Both the position numbers and the translations under genes were made by a program. Of a DNA stretch of 24,000 nt, positions 8,632-17,086 are shown piece by piece (the first letter of the stretch is position 1; each line of letters starts with the position of its first letter). The notes under the pieces were generated by a model. The model was not told the origin of the DNA and ran no database searches. It saw only the letters and a program-made list of their open reading frames with translations. The stretch covers positions 19,555 through 43,554 of the forward strand of contig CAUVKI010000012.1 of NCBI GenBank assembly GCA_963552605.1, read 5' to 3'. This DNA comes from an uncultured Tissierellia bacterium (GTDB lineage: Bacteria > Bacillota > Clostridia > Tissierellales > Peptoniphilaceae).

Positions 8632-8720
8632 TAAAGAGGGTGTCCCGCTACCGTTAAAGGTGGAACATTAAAGAAGGTGTCTCACTACCTATATCCCAAA
8701 GGTGAAGCATTAAAGCAAGC
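8632..8720 (+). ncRNA. Putative type III TA antitoxin RNA (ToxI/CptI-like) made of two imperfect tandem repeats plus a partial third
   Basis: Unit 1 (8632-8668): taaagagggtgtcccgctaccgttaaaggtggaacat. Unit 2 (8669-8710): taaagaaggtgtctcactacctatatcccaaaggtgaagcat. Partial unit: taaagcaagc. They lie between a promoter and a terminator, directly upstream of a ToxN-like ORF. Confidence 0.8.
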
Positions 8721-8748
8721 GGAGAGGGTAAAACCTCTCCGTTTTTTT
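8720..8748 (+). terminator. Attenuator-like terminator between antitoxin repeats and toxin gene
   Basis: CGGAGAGG GTAAAA CCTCTCCG TTTTTTT; 8-bp GC-rich stem and T run, followed immediately by RBS and toxin ATG. Confidence 0.9.
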
Positions 8749-8759
8749 AGGAGAAAGCA

Positions 8760-9317
8760 ATGGCAGAAGCGGTTAAATATGGATTTTATACTGTAAATCC
8801 CGATTATCTTGAATATCTGAGTAAAATAGACTCCGAAGTTTATTATGATCCATTGTATAGAAATAGTATCAAGCCATTTGTTGGAATTATTGTTGGGATA
8901 GAAAACTATAATTATTTTATTCCAATATCTTCTGCAAAGGAAAAACACAAAAGATGGAAGAATGTTTCTGATGAGCATTTTTTGATTTATGAAGTGATTG
9001 ATAATAGCATTACCATAAATGGAGATATTTATAAATACTATTCTGATAAAGAAAAAATGCACATATTATCTATACTGGATATTAAAAAAATGATACCTGT
9101 GCCAAATGGATGTTATGAAAGAATTATGTTTGATGAACTTGAGGACTTTAGATACAAAGACTTATTTGAAAAAGAATATGCTTTTTGCTTATCAATAAAA
9201 ACGAAGGTTTTGAAAAAAGTGGAAAAATTATATCAAAAGCAAAAAGAAACAGGAATCATTAGAAAAGCGAATTGCAATTTTTCAGAGTTGGAAAGAGCGA
9301 TGCTGGACTGGAAGTAA
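8760..9317 (+). CDS. toxN: Type III toxin-antitoxin system endoribonuclease toxin, ToxN/AbiQ/CptN-like (185 aa)
   Basis: YGFYTVNPDYLEYLSKIDSEVYYDP...KPFVGIIVGIENYNYFIPISSAKEKHKRWKN ... LDIKKMIPVPNGCYERI ... EYAFCLSIKTKVLKKVEKLYQKQKE resembles the ToxN/AbiQ fold pattern (FYT...YI.YL, P(F/Y)VGI...Y.Y..P(L/I)SSPK.KH, N.MIPVP). RBS aggaga. Confidence 0.85.
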   Translation: MAEAVKYGFYTVNPDYLEYLSKIDSEVYYDPLYRNSIKPFVGIIVGIENYNYFIPISSAKEKHKRWKNVSDEHFLIYEVIDNSITINGDIYKYYSDKEKMHILSILDIKKMIPVPNGCYERIMFDELEDFRYKDLFEKEYAFCLSIKTKVLKKVEKLYQKQKETGIIRKANCNFSELERAMLDWK

Positions 9318-9341
9318 AAAAATTGCTTGCGAATAATCAAG

Positions 9342-9371
9342 GAAGTGGAATGCCAATCTACTTCTTTTTTT
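9342..9371 (+). terminator. Terminator downstream of the toxin gene
   Basis: GAAGTGGA atgccaa TCTACTTC TTTTTTT; 8-bp stem with one G:U pair. Confidence 0.7.
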
Positions 9372-9402
9372 ATGCAAGGGAAGATGATGGAAAGGCGGTT
9401 TA

Positions 9403-9480
9403 CACTATTATTTCTTTGAATTGTAGATATCAACGATTTGTGCTCCTAAGAAGACACATGAATTTTTGCGGTCGCAAAAG
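9403..9480 (+). repeat. Dispersed repeat, copy 3 (diverged, one end only)
   Basis: cactattatttctttgaattgtagatatcaacgatttgtgctcctaagaagacacatgaatttttgcggtcgcaaaa aligns with copy 1 (4011-4090). It then diverges without the second terminal repeat. Confidence 0.75.
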
Positions 9481-9538
9481 GGAATTCTTGCAAACATATG
9501 GTTATTCTGCTACAATACCATCATTCGGAGGTGTTAAT

Positions 9539-9928
9539 ATGTTGGAGACATATGAAGTTTTAGACAATGGAGAAATAAAAATTTCAGACCATGTGATTTC
9601 CGTTATAGCAACGGTGGCTGCATTGAGCGTCGGCGGAGTGAGCAGAATGAGCGGAACTTTGACGGAAGACTTGCAGACGAAATTAAGACTTAAGACGGAA
9701 GACGGCAAGGGAGTGAAGGTCAGTTTAAAGGATAATCGTTTGGAGATTTGTCTTTATATCTTTGTGGATTACGGCTATCCTCTGATGGAGGTGGCTGAAG
9801 ATGTGCAAAGAGCGGTTTCCGAATCCATAAAGTCAATGACGGATATGGAAATAGGCTCCGTAGATGTAAGCATTGAGGGAGTCACCATAAATAAGGAATT
9901 AAAGTCCGTGCCCAAAGCGTCGAGATGA
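9539..9928 (+). CDS. Asp23/Gls24 family envelope stress response protein
   Basis: MLETYEVLDNGEIKISDHVISVIATVAALSVGGVSRMSG... is Asp23-type, with RBS ggaggtg. The upstream extension of the 9272 ORF is not part of the gene. Confidence 0.9.
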   Translation: MLETYEVLDNGEIKISDHVISVIATVAALSVGGVSRMSGTLTEDLQTKLRLKTEDGKGVKVSLKDNRLEICLYIFVDYGYPLMEVAEDVQRAVSESIKSMTDMEIGSVDVSIEGVTINKELKSVPKASR

Positions 9929-10356
9929 GCAGAACCCAAACACGCCAAGTGCTTATCGGTCTTCTTTATGCCGCAGATATAAACGGAGATTTCTCCGAAA
10001 ACTTTTTTTTAAGTCAGTCGGCTTCCTTTCCGACCGAAAGCGGAGAGGAAGCCAAAGTGATTTCGGAAGATGACCGAGACTTTTTATGGGATATACTAAG
10101 GGGAATTATGGATAATAAATCCGTCTTGGATAATTATATCTCCGAAGGCTCCGAGGGCTGGACCATTGACAGAATAGGAAGAGTCGAGCTTGCGGTGCTG
10201 AGGGGAGCTATCTATGAGTTGTTATTCAGAAAAGATATTCCCATAGAAGTGGTTGTTAATGAAGCGGTTGAAAACTCCAAGCGTTTCGGAAAAGAGGACA
10301 GTTATCGTTTTGTCAACGGGGTTTTGGCTTATGTGATAAAAAAGGAGAGAGTTTGA
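9925..10356 (+). CDS. nusB: Transcription antitermination factor NusB
   Basis: MSRTQTRQVLIGLLYAADI...IGRVELAVLRGAIYELLFRKDIPIEVVVNEAVENSKRFGKEDSYRFVNGVL. Confidence 0.95.
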   Translation: MSRTQTRQVLIGLLYAADINGDFSENFFLSQSASFPTESGEEAKVISEDDRDFLWDILRGIMDNKSVLDNYISEGSEGWTIDRIGRVELAVLRGAIYELLFRKDIPIEVVVNEAVENSKRFGKEDSYRFVNGVLAYVIKKERV

Positions 10357-11612
10357 AAGGATATTTTTCCGTATCTGATGTAAATCAGTATCTTCTGAAA
10401 GTAATAAAAGACGATTTTATATTGACAAGGCTTATGGTCAAGGGAGAGGTGTTTAATAAAAGACATCACCCCTCCGGAGTTATTTATTTCACCCTTAAAG
10501 ACGAACATTCCTCAATTAACTGCAGGATTTCGGAAAAGACCGGGAGCTTCCGTTCCATTGAGGACGGTATGGAGATTATATTAAGCGGCAGAGTTTCCTT
10601 AAATTCACATCAGGCAAGCTGCGTAATTATAGCGGAAAGTTTTGAAGAAACAGGTATGGGAGCTGTTTTCAGGGAATTTTACAGAAAAAAGAAATCGCTT
10701 GAGGAGAAGGGATATCTGGATGAGTCCGTGAAACGACCAATCCCGAGAGCAAAGAAGATAGGAATTGTGACCAGCGAGATAGGTGCGGTGGTGCACGATA
10801 TAATTACGGTTTCAAAGAGCAGAAATCCCTCCGTAAGCTTATATCTCTACCCCGCTTCCGTACAGGGCGAGAATGCTGTCGGAGAAGTGATTGAGGGAAT
10901 AAATTTTTTCAACAATATGTTTCCCGTAGATGTCATTATTTTCGGAAGAGGCGGCGGCTCATATGAGGAACTGAATATTTTCAATGACGAGGAACTTTGT
11001 GAAGTCGTCGCAAACAGTAAAATTCCTACAATCTCCGCAGTAGGACATGAAACCGACATCGTGCTTTCGGATTATGCGGCGGACAGGCGTGCCGCCACCC
11101 CGTCGCAAGCGGCGGAAATGGCGGTTGTGGAGAGAAAGGTTCTTTTCGGAGAGGCTAAAGAATTAAATGATAGACTTATTTCGATTTTTTCAAGCTGTCT
11201 TAAAGAAAAAACAATATTTTTAGACGAACTTGATAAAAGACTCAATCTGTCTTTTGGCAAAAAATTGGAGCTTGATAAAAAATTTCTCCTCGCACTTAGA
11301 CGCAGGCTTGACATATGCAATCCTGAACTTATGCTTGTTAGACAATTCGGGAAATTGGAAGAATTGAGCAAATCATTAAACTTTTCGAGCAGGTATTATT
11401 TTTCGGAGCGTTTTTCATCACTTGAGAAGCTCAATTCAAGGCTTGAAATTGCGTATAAAGAAACGCTTGCAGCCGCAAAGCCCGAAGTTAGAAATATTGA
11501 AGGAGAACCTTTGCAGGGTGTTAAAGATTTGTCGGTCGGAGAAACGGTTTCCCTAATTTTTCCCGACGGGGTCGCCTTTTTGGAAGTGAAAAAGATACAG
11601 GAAGGGTTTTGA
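10353..11612 (+). CDS. xseA: Exodeoxyribonuclease VII large subunit
   Basis: FSVSDVNQYLLKVIKDDFILTRLMVKGEV..., KKIGIVTSEIGAVVHDIITVSKSRNP, DVIIFGRGGGSYEELNIFNDEELCEVVANSKIPTISAVGHETDIVLSDYAADRRAATPSQAAE. TTG start. Confidence 0.96.
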   Translation: MKGYFSVSDVNQYLLKVIKDDFILTRLMVKGEVFNKRHHPSGVIYFTLKDEHSSINCRISEKTGSFRSIEDGMEIILSGRVSLNSHQASCVIIAESFEETGMGAVFREFYRKKKSLEEKGYLDESVKRPIPRAKKIGIVTSEIGAVVHDIITVSKSRNPSVSLYLYPASVQGENAVGEVIEGINFFNNMFPVDVIIFGRGGGSYEELNIFNDEELCEVVANSKIPTISAVGHETDIVLSDYAADRRAATPSQAAEMAVVERKVLFGEAKELNDRLISIFSSCLKEKTIFLDELDKRLNLSFGKKLELDKKFLLALRRRLDICNPELMLVRQFGKLEELSKSLNFSSRYYFSERFSSLEKLNSRLEIAYKETLAAAKPEVRNIEGEPLQGVKDLSVGETVSLIFPDGVAFLEVKKIQEGF

Positions 11613-11613
11613 T

Positions 11614-11826
11614 ATGACATATGAGGAGGCTATGGCTCGCCTTGAGGAGATAGTCGGACTTTTGGAAGAAAATAAGGTTTCTCTTTCCGAAGCTGTGGAC
11701 TTGTACAAGGAGGGAGCGAAATTATCCTTGGAAATCAGAGATATGTTGGAGAATGCCGAAGGAGAAGTGGCAAAACTCGGCGGAGATTTAAAAAAAGAGG
11801 GATTTTCTAAGTATGAGGGATTTTGA
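11614..11826 (+). CDS. xseB: Exodeoxyribonuclease VII small subunit
   Basis: MTYEEAMARLEEIVGLLEENKVSLSEAVDLYKEGAKLS; directly downstream of xseA. Confidence 0.95.
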   Translation: MTYEEAMARLEEIVGLLEENKVSLSEAVDLYKEGAKLSLEIRDMLENAEGEVAKLGGDLKKEGFSKYEGF

Positions 11827-12646
11827 ATTATATTTGGAGGAACTTTTGCCGTCCGAAAGGGACAATTTATCCAAAGCGGTGAGATATGCGGTTTTCCCGG
11901 GAGGAAAACGGCTTAGAAGCACTTTTTTGCGCAGAGCTTTTTTGTGCTTTGCGGACGGTGTTGCACTTGAGAGAGGGGAGGAGTTTTGCTATCCCGAGGC
12001 GGCAGCTGTGGAGCTTATTCACTCATATTCTCTAATTCACGACGATTTACCCTCTATGGATGATGACGATGAAAGACGTGGAAAGCCGAGTGTACATAAG
12101 GCCTTTGGAGAGGGAATGGCGGTACTTGCCGGAGATTTACTCCTGAACTTGGCTTATGAAACGGGATTTTCCTCACTTTGCAAAGAGAAAAATCAGGAGC
12201 TTTTGCAAAGAAAGATTAAATCATTAGATTTAATTTCACGTTATGCGGGAAAAGACGGTATGGTCGGCGGGCAAGGGATTGACATAACCAAGGTTATTGA
12301 CGATTATTCACAAGATGATAAAGAGTTTTTAAAGATGACAAAAATGAAAACCGCTTGTCTGATAGTTGCGGCATTGGAGGGCGGAGCTTGCTTGGGAAAT
12401 CCGTCAGAGGGCGAATTTAAAGCCGTAGGAGAATTCGGATATGCCTACGGTATGGCGTTTCAAGCGGCGGACGATATCTCCGATTATAAAAGGGATTTAG
12501 CTGATGAAAAGCCGACTTTTGCAACTCTTTACGGAGAGGACGAGGCAAAACGAAAACTTGAACTCTATAAGGAGCGGGCAAAGTCGGCTCTTATGAGTAT
12601 AAAGAGAAACACTGAGTTTTTCAAAGAACATTTAGCCAAGTTATGA
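11813..12646 (+). CDS. ispA: Polyprenyl synthetase (farnesyl/geranylgeranyl diphosphate synthase)
   Basis: GGKRLRSTFLRRAFLCF, first Asp-rich motif LIHDDLPSMDDDDERRGKPSVH, second motif AFQAADDISDYKRD. Confidence 0.92.
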   Translation: MRDFELYLEELLPSERDNLSKAVRYAVFPGGKRLRSTFLRRAFLCFADGVALERGEEFCYPEAAAVELIHSYSLIHDDLPSMDDDDERRGKPSVHKAFGEGMAVLAGDLLLNLAYETGFSSLCKEKNQELLQRKIKSLDLISRYAGKDGMVGGQGIDITKVIDDYSQDDKEFLKMTKMKTACLIVAALEGGACLGNPSEGEFKAVGEFGYAYGMAFQAADDISDYKRDLADEKPTFATLYGEDEAKRKLELYKERAKSALMSIKRNTEFFKEHLAKL

Positions 12647-13428
12647 TGTACCGATTGGATTTGCTGCTGGTAAAACGGGAATTATCTCCCTCAAGGGAGA
12701 AAGCCCGTGAATTTATAAAATCGGGCTGCGTGAAAGTAAACGGCAACCCGATTTTAAAACCTTCGCATAAAACGGAAGAAACTGCGTATATAGATATAAA
12801 ACCGCTCTATCCCTTTGTGGGGCGAGGGGGAGTGAAGTTGAATTATCTCTTGGAGAAAAAAATCGTATCTTTCAAAGATTTGGAAGTGTTGGATATAGGA
12901 GCTTCCACGGGAGGATTTACGGAAGTTATACTTAAAGACGGAGCAAGATCTGTTACGGCTTTAGATGTCGGAAAAAATCAGCTTGCCGATAAACTTAAGC
13001 TTGATCCGAGAGTTACTGTCAGGGAAAATACGGACATAAGGGACGCAGTTTTCAATAACGGATTTGATGCCGCAACGGTTGATGTTTCCTTTATCTCTAT
13101 AAAAAAAGTATTGCCGAGAGTCGTTGAACTTATAGATGACGGATTTATATGTGTGCTTTTTAAGCCTCAGTTTGAGGCGGGAAAATTGCGCAAAAAACAC
13201 GGAATATTTAATGATATTTCCTTACATAAAAATTTATTGCTTGAGTATGAACACTTTGTAAAAGGTTTGGGCATGGGAATAAAATTTATATCACCCTCTC
13301 CGATAAGAGGAGGCAGCGGAAATATTGAATATATTTCCGTTTTGGTTTTCGGGGATTTTTCCATAAATACTTCCGATGTTGCGGACAAAGCTTTTCAAAA
13401 CCTTGTTGACGGGAGATTAAAATGTTAG
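12643..13428 (+). CDS. tlyA: TlyA family rRNA (cytidine-2'-O)-methyltransferase / hemolysin A
   Basis: S4 domain RLDLLLVKRELSPSREKAREFIKSGCVKVNG, then VLDIGASTGGFTEVILKDGA...VDVSFISIKKVLP...LFKPQFE. Confidence 0.93.
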   Translation: MMYRLDLLLVKRELSPSREKAREFIKSGCVKVNGNPILKPSHKTEETAYIDIKPLYPFVGRGGVKLNYLLEKKIVSFKDLEVLDIGASTGGFTEVILKDGARSVTALDVGKNQLADKLKLDPRVTVRENTDIRDAVFNNGFDAATVDVSFISIKKVLPRVVELIDDGFICVLFKPQFEAGKLRKKHGIFNDISLHKNLLLEYEHFVKGLGMGIKFISPSPIRGGSGNIEYISVLVFGDFSINTSDVADKAFQNLVDGRLKC

Positions 13429-15098
13429 TTGAGCTTGCAATCAAAAATTATGCAATTATCACCGACTTGAATATAGCTTTTGAAAAGGGTCTAAATGTGA
13501 TAACAGGAGAAACCGGAGCCGGAAAATCAATAATATTTGACGCTCTCAATGTGTCTTTAGGAGCGAGAGGCAGCAGAGATGTTTTGAAATTTCCGGATAA
13601 AAATGCACATATAGATAGTGTTTTTGAGCTAACCTCTTCTGATAAACTTTTTGCAAAGGAACAATTGGACTTTGACTGTGAAGATACCGTTATCTTTTCA
13701 AAGGAAGTGCGCCCCAACGGTTCGACTTCCTCAAAAATTGACGGAAAAATTTTCACTCAGGGTGCAGTGCAGGGCTTTTCGGATAAGTTAATTCATATCT
13801 ACGGTCAGCATGAACAATTGGAGTTAATGGACGAAAAAAATCACATATCGCTTTTGGATCAGATGGGAGACGAAGACTTTAGGAATACCTTATCCGAATA
13901 TCGGAAAGATTATGATGAATACAGGTCATTGCTTTCGGAATTTAAGGATTTTAACTTGGACGAAGAAGCTTTAAATCGGGAGTTGGATTTTTACAATTTT
14001 CAGATTTCGGAGATAAACGAAGTTTCCTTAGTTTCAGGAGAAGATGAAGAACTTGAGTATGAGGAACAAAAGCTTTCTCATCAGGCTGAACTCATAACTT
14101 TGGTTTCTGAAATCAATGATTTGTTTAACGGGAGAGAGTACGGGTTTGGGGGATTGTTGTCGGATTTGAATTTTCTTTCGGAGAAGATTAAGTCTATTTC
14201 TCATATCGACGGTGAGAGGGAAAAATGGGTTGAAAGAGCCGAAAGCATTTACTTTGAGACGGAAGACTTAAAGAGAGAGGTATCGGGGTATCTTTCTTCT
14301 CTCAATCCCGATGATGAAAGATTATACGAGGTCAGAGAAAGACTTAACTCCATAAATAAGTTGAAGATGAAATACGGAAAAACCATAGAGGAAATTTTGG
14401 ATTACTTGGAGAATACGGAAAAGAAATATGAGGAGCTTTTAAGTTATAACGAGCGTATGGAAAATGCAAGGGAAGAATTATCTTCAAAGAAAAAAAGCCT
14501 GATTGAAAAAGCTTCGGTTATAACGGATATGAGAAAAAATATTTCCGAGAACTTGTCCAAAGCGCTTGAAGCCGAACTCAAAGAACTCAATATGAAAGAC
14601 ACCGTGATTAGAGTGGAATTTGAAGAGTCGGATTTGAGCGAAAACGGAGCGGATTCGGTGAGGTTTATGATTTCCACAAATAAAAATATGCCGCTAAAGC
14701 CCCTTTCAAAAATTGCTTCAGGCGGCGAGATGTCAAGAATAATGCTGGGGTTAAAAACCGTGGTTTCGGAAAGTTTTTGCACTTTGGTATTTGACGAAAT
14801 TGACACGGGGATTTCCGGTGCTGCCGTAAAGGCGGTGGGATTAAAGTTGAAAGCTTTATCAAAAAATCATCAGGTGATTGTGATATCGCACCTGCCTCAA
14901 ATCGCCGCAATTGCAGACACTCACTTTTTAATCCGAAAAGAGTCCGACGCTTTGGGAGTTTCAACAACGGTTATAAAACTTAATGAGGAAGAGCGCATAA
15001 GGGAAATTGCCGCTTTATTGTCAGGAGAGTCCGAAACCGCTTTGAAACACGCCAGAGAGATGATAAACGAATACAAAGGAGGACATAATGGAGTTTGA
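13422..15098 (+). CDS. recN: DNA repair protein RecN
   Basis: LVELAIKNYAIITDLNIAFEKGLNVITGETGAGKSIIFDALN...IYGQHEQLELMDEKNH...LASGGEMSRIMLGLKTVV...FDEIDTGISG. Confidence 0.97.
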   Translation: MLVELAIKNYAIITDLNIAFEKGLNVITGETGAGKSIIFDALNVSLGARGSRDVLKFPDKNAHIDSVFELTSSDKLFAKEQLDFDCEDTVIFSKEVRPNGSTSSKIDGKIFTQGAVQGFSDKLIHIYGQHEQLELMDEKNHISLLDQMGDEDFRNTLSEYRKDYDEYRSLLSEFKDFNLDEEALNRELDFYNFQISEINEVSLVSGEDEELEYEEQKLSHQAELITLVSEINDLFNGREYGFGGLLSDLNFLSEKIKSISHIDGEREKWVERAESIYFETEDLKREVSGYLSSLNPDDERLYEVRERLNSINKLKMKYGKTIEEILDYLENTEKKYEELLSYNERMENAREELSSKKKSLIEKASVITDMRKNISENLSKALEAELKELNMKDTVIRVEFEESDLSENGADSVRFMISTNKNMPLKPLSKIASGGEMSRIMLGLKTVVSESFCTLVFDEIDTGISGAAVKAVGLKLKALSKNHQVIVISHLPQIAAIADTHFLIRKESDALGVSTTVIKLNEEERIREIAALLSGESETALKHAREMINEYKGGHNGV

Positions 15099-15651
15099 AG
15101 AAACCACCATAAAATCCGAAAAAATTTACCAAGGGAAAATTTTAAATCTCAGGTGCGATACTGTGGAACTTCCCGGAAAAAAATACAGTAAGAGAGAGCT
15201 TGTAGAAGTATCACCCGCCGCCGCCGTCGTACCTGTTACGCAAGACGGAAATGTTATTCTCGTAAAGCAATTTAGAAAACCGTTTGAGAGAGTTTTGCTT
15301 GAGGTACCCGCCGGAAAACTTGATCCCGGAGAAGAACCGAGAGAAGCGGCATTCAGAGAACTGGAAGAAGAAACGGGTAAGCGTGCCGGAAAGCTTGTAT
15401 ATCTGAATGAAATTTTCACTTCTCCCGGCTATATCAATGAAAAAATTCATCTGTTTTTGGCAACGGAACTTGAGGACGGAGAATATAAACCCGATGATGA
15501 CGAGATTATGGAAGTCGTGTTGTATAACTTTGATGAACTTAAAAAGATGATTACCAGAGGTGAACTTTCCGATGCAAAGTCAATCATTGCAATCACTATG
15601 GCAATTGATTACCTCAAAGAGAAGAACTTATTGAAAGGTGAAAAAAAATGA
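15088..15651 (+). CDS. nudF: ADP-ribose pyrophosphatase (Nudix hydrolase)
   Basis: Nudix box GKLDPGEEPREAAFRELEEETGKRAG. Confidence 0.88.
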   Translation: MEFEETTIKSEKIYQGKILNLRCDTVELPGKKYSKRELVEVSPAAAVVPVTQDGNVILVKQFRKPFERVLLEVPAGKLDPGEEPREAAFRELEEETGKRAGKLVYLNEIFTSPGYINEKIHLFLATELEDGEYKPDDDEIMEVVLYNFDELKKMITRGELSDAKSIIAITMAIDYLKEKNLLKGEKK

Positions 15652-16457
15652 ACAATAAAGAAAAATTTGCGGCATTTATAAGGGAAAGAATAAAAGACAT
15701 TCCCGATGTTGCGGTGGTTTTGGGTTCAGGGCTTGGAGATTTATCTTCTGAAATTGAAGAACCCGTAATAATTCCATATGGAGAAATTCCCGATTATCCG
15801 CTCTCAAATGTTAAAGGACATAACGGGCGTTTTGTGTACGGAAAACTTTCCGGAAAAAAGGTTATTTGCGAGGACGGAAGACTTCATTACTATGAAGGAC
15901 ACAGCATGGAAAAAGTTGTCCTTCCGATAAGACTCTTCGGAGCTTTAGGAATAAAAAACTTAATTCTTTCAAATGCTTCGGGCGGAGTCAACAGAGATTT
16001 CAAGGCGGGGGATTTGATGATTATAAGAGATCATTTGAATTTCACCGGAATAAATCCTCTTGTGGGTGAGAACGACGATAGCATCGGTCCGAGATTTCCG
16101 GATTTGGGAGATGCCTACTGCGAAGAACTTAGAAATTTGGCAAAGAGAGCGGCTCAAAGGCTGGAAATAGATTATAGAGAAGGGGTTTATGCGTTTTTGA
16201 CGGGACCTTCCTATGAAACTCCCGCAGAGGTTTCGGCGATTCGCATTATGGGGGGAGATGCGGTCGGAATGAGTACGGTTCCCGAAGTGATAGTTGCAGT
16301 TCATCAGGGAATGAGGGTGCTTGGAATTTCCTCCATTTCAAATCTTGCCGCCGATTTATCGAAAACTCCTATAACGCACGATATGGTTTTGAAGGTTGCG
16401 GACAGTGTTAAAGCCAAGTTTGTACCTTTGGTTAAGGAAATAATAAGAGAGATTTAA
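15648..16457 (+). CDS. punA: Purine-nucleoside phosphorylase (inosine/guanosine type)
   Basis: VAVVLGSGLGDLSSEIE, GRLHYYEGHSMEKVVLPIRLFGALGIKNLILSNASGGVNRDFKAGDLMIIRDHLN, ETPAEVSAIRIMGGDAVGMSTVPEVIVA. Confidence 0.93.
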   Translation: MNNKEKFAAFIRERIKDIPDVAVVLGSGLGDLSSEIEEPVIIPYGEIPDYPLSNVKGHNGRFVYGKLSGKKVICEDGRLHYYEGHSMEKVVLPIRLFGALGIKNLILSNASGGVNRDFKAGDLMIIRDHLNFTGINPLVGENDDSIGPRFPDLGDAYCEELRNLAKRAAQRLEIDYREGVYAFLTGPSYETPAEVSAIRIMGGDAVGMSTVPEVIVAVHQGMRVLGISSISNLAADLSKTPITHDMVLKVADSVKAKFVPLVKEIIREI

Positions 16458-16471
16458 CATCGGAGTTTAAA

Positions 16472-17086
16472 ATGCCTGTTACAGCTAAAATTTTAGATTT
16501 TTTCCTTATGCTTCCCGCTCTTTATCTTGCGATTGTGCCGCACGAGCTTGCACACGGATTTGTGGCGAATAAATTGGGGGATCCGACTGCAAAAAATATG
16601 GGAAGGCTCACCTTAAATCCTCTAAGCCATTTTGACCCGCTCGGTTTTATGGCTCTTATATTTTTCAAATTCGGTTGGGCAAAACCCGTGCCCGTAGATC
16701 CCAACTACTTCAAAGATTATAAAAAAGGTATGAGGTATGTGGCGGCGGCAGGACCTTTGATGAATTTTTTAATAGCGGTTATTGCGGCACTGCTTCTCAG
16801 AGTCATCTATTACGCAGGTTTTAATCAGGAGATTATTTTTAGGATATTGCTCAATATAGTTCTATACAGCGTCGTGTTGGGAGTTTTTAATTTACTTCCT
16901 CTGCCTCCGCTTGACGGCTCAAAGGTTTTGCGTTCATTTCTGTCATATGAAACGGACGATTTTTTTATGAGAAACGAAAGAATTCTGTCCGTTATAACAA
17001 TGTTCCTGATTATAAGCGGACTTACAGGAAGAATTATATTTCCCATAACCAATTCCATTTTGCGGCATCTGCTCGGAGGAATATGA
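16472..17086 (+). CDS. Site-2 protease family (M50) membrane metalloprotease
   Basis: IVPHELAHGFVANKLGDPTAKNMGRLTLNPLSHFDPLG...GPLMNF...GVFNLLPLPPLDGSKVL. Confidence 0.9.
   Translation: MPVTAKILDFFLMLPALYLAIVPHELAHGFVANKLGDPTAKNMGRLTLNPLSHFDPLGFMALIFFKFGWAKPVPVDPNYFKDYKKGMRYVAAAGPLMNFLIAVIAALLLRVIYYAGFNQEIIFRILLNIVLYSVVLGVFNLLPLPPLDGSKVLRSFLSYETDDFFMRNERILSVITMFLIISGLTGRIIFPITNSILRHLLGGI

Noticed and set aside
8632-8720. Short tandem repeats considered as a CRISPR array
   Set aside because: Units are contiguous with no unique spacers, only two copies, different lengths, and lie between promoter, terminator and a ToxN-like ORF. This fits a type III antitoxin RNA.
8685-9062. Minus-strand 125-aa ORF opposite the toxin gene
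   Set aside because: Fully antisense to the supported toxin CDS, covers its promoter-proximal terminator, and shows no domain signature.
9272-9538. N-terminal extension of the 9272..9928 ORF as part of the Asp23-family protein
   Set aside because: It overlaps the toxin 3' end out of frame, crosses the toxin terminator and repeat copy 3, and a well-placed RBS/ATG exists at 9528-9541.
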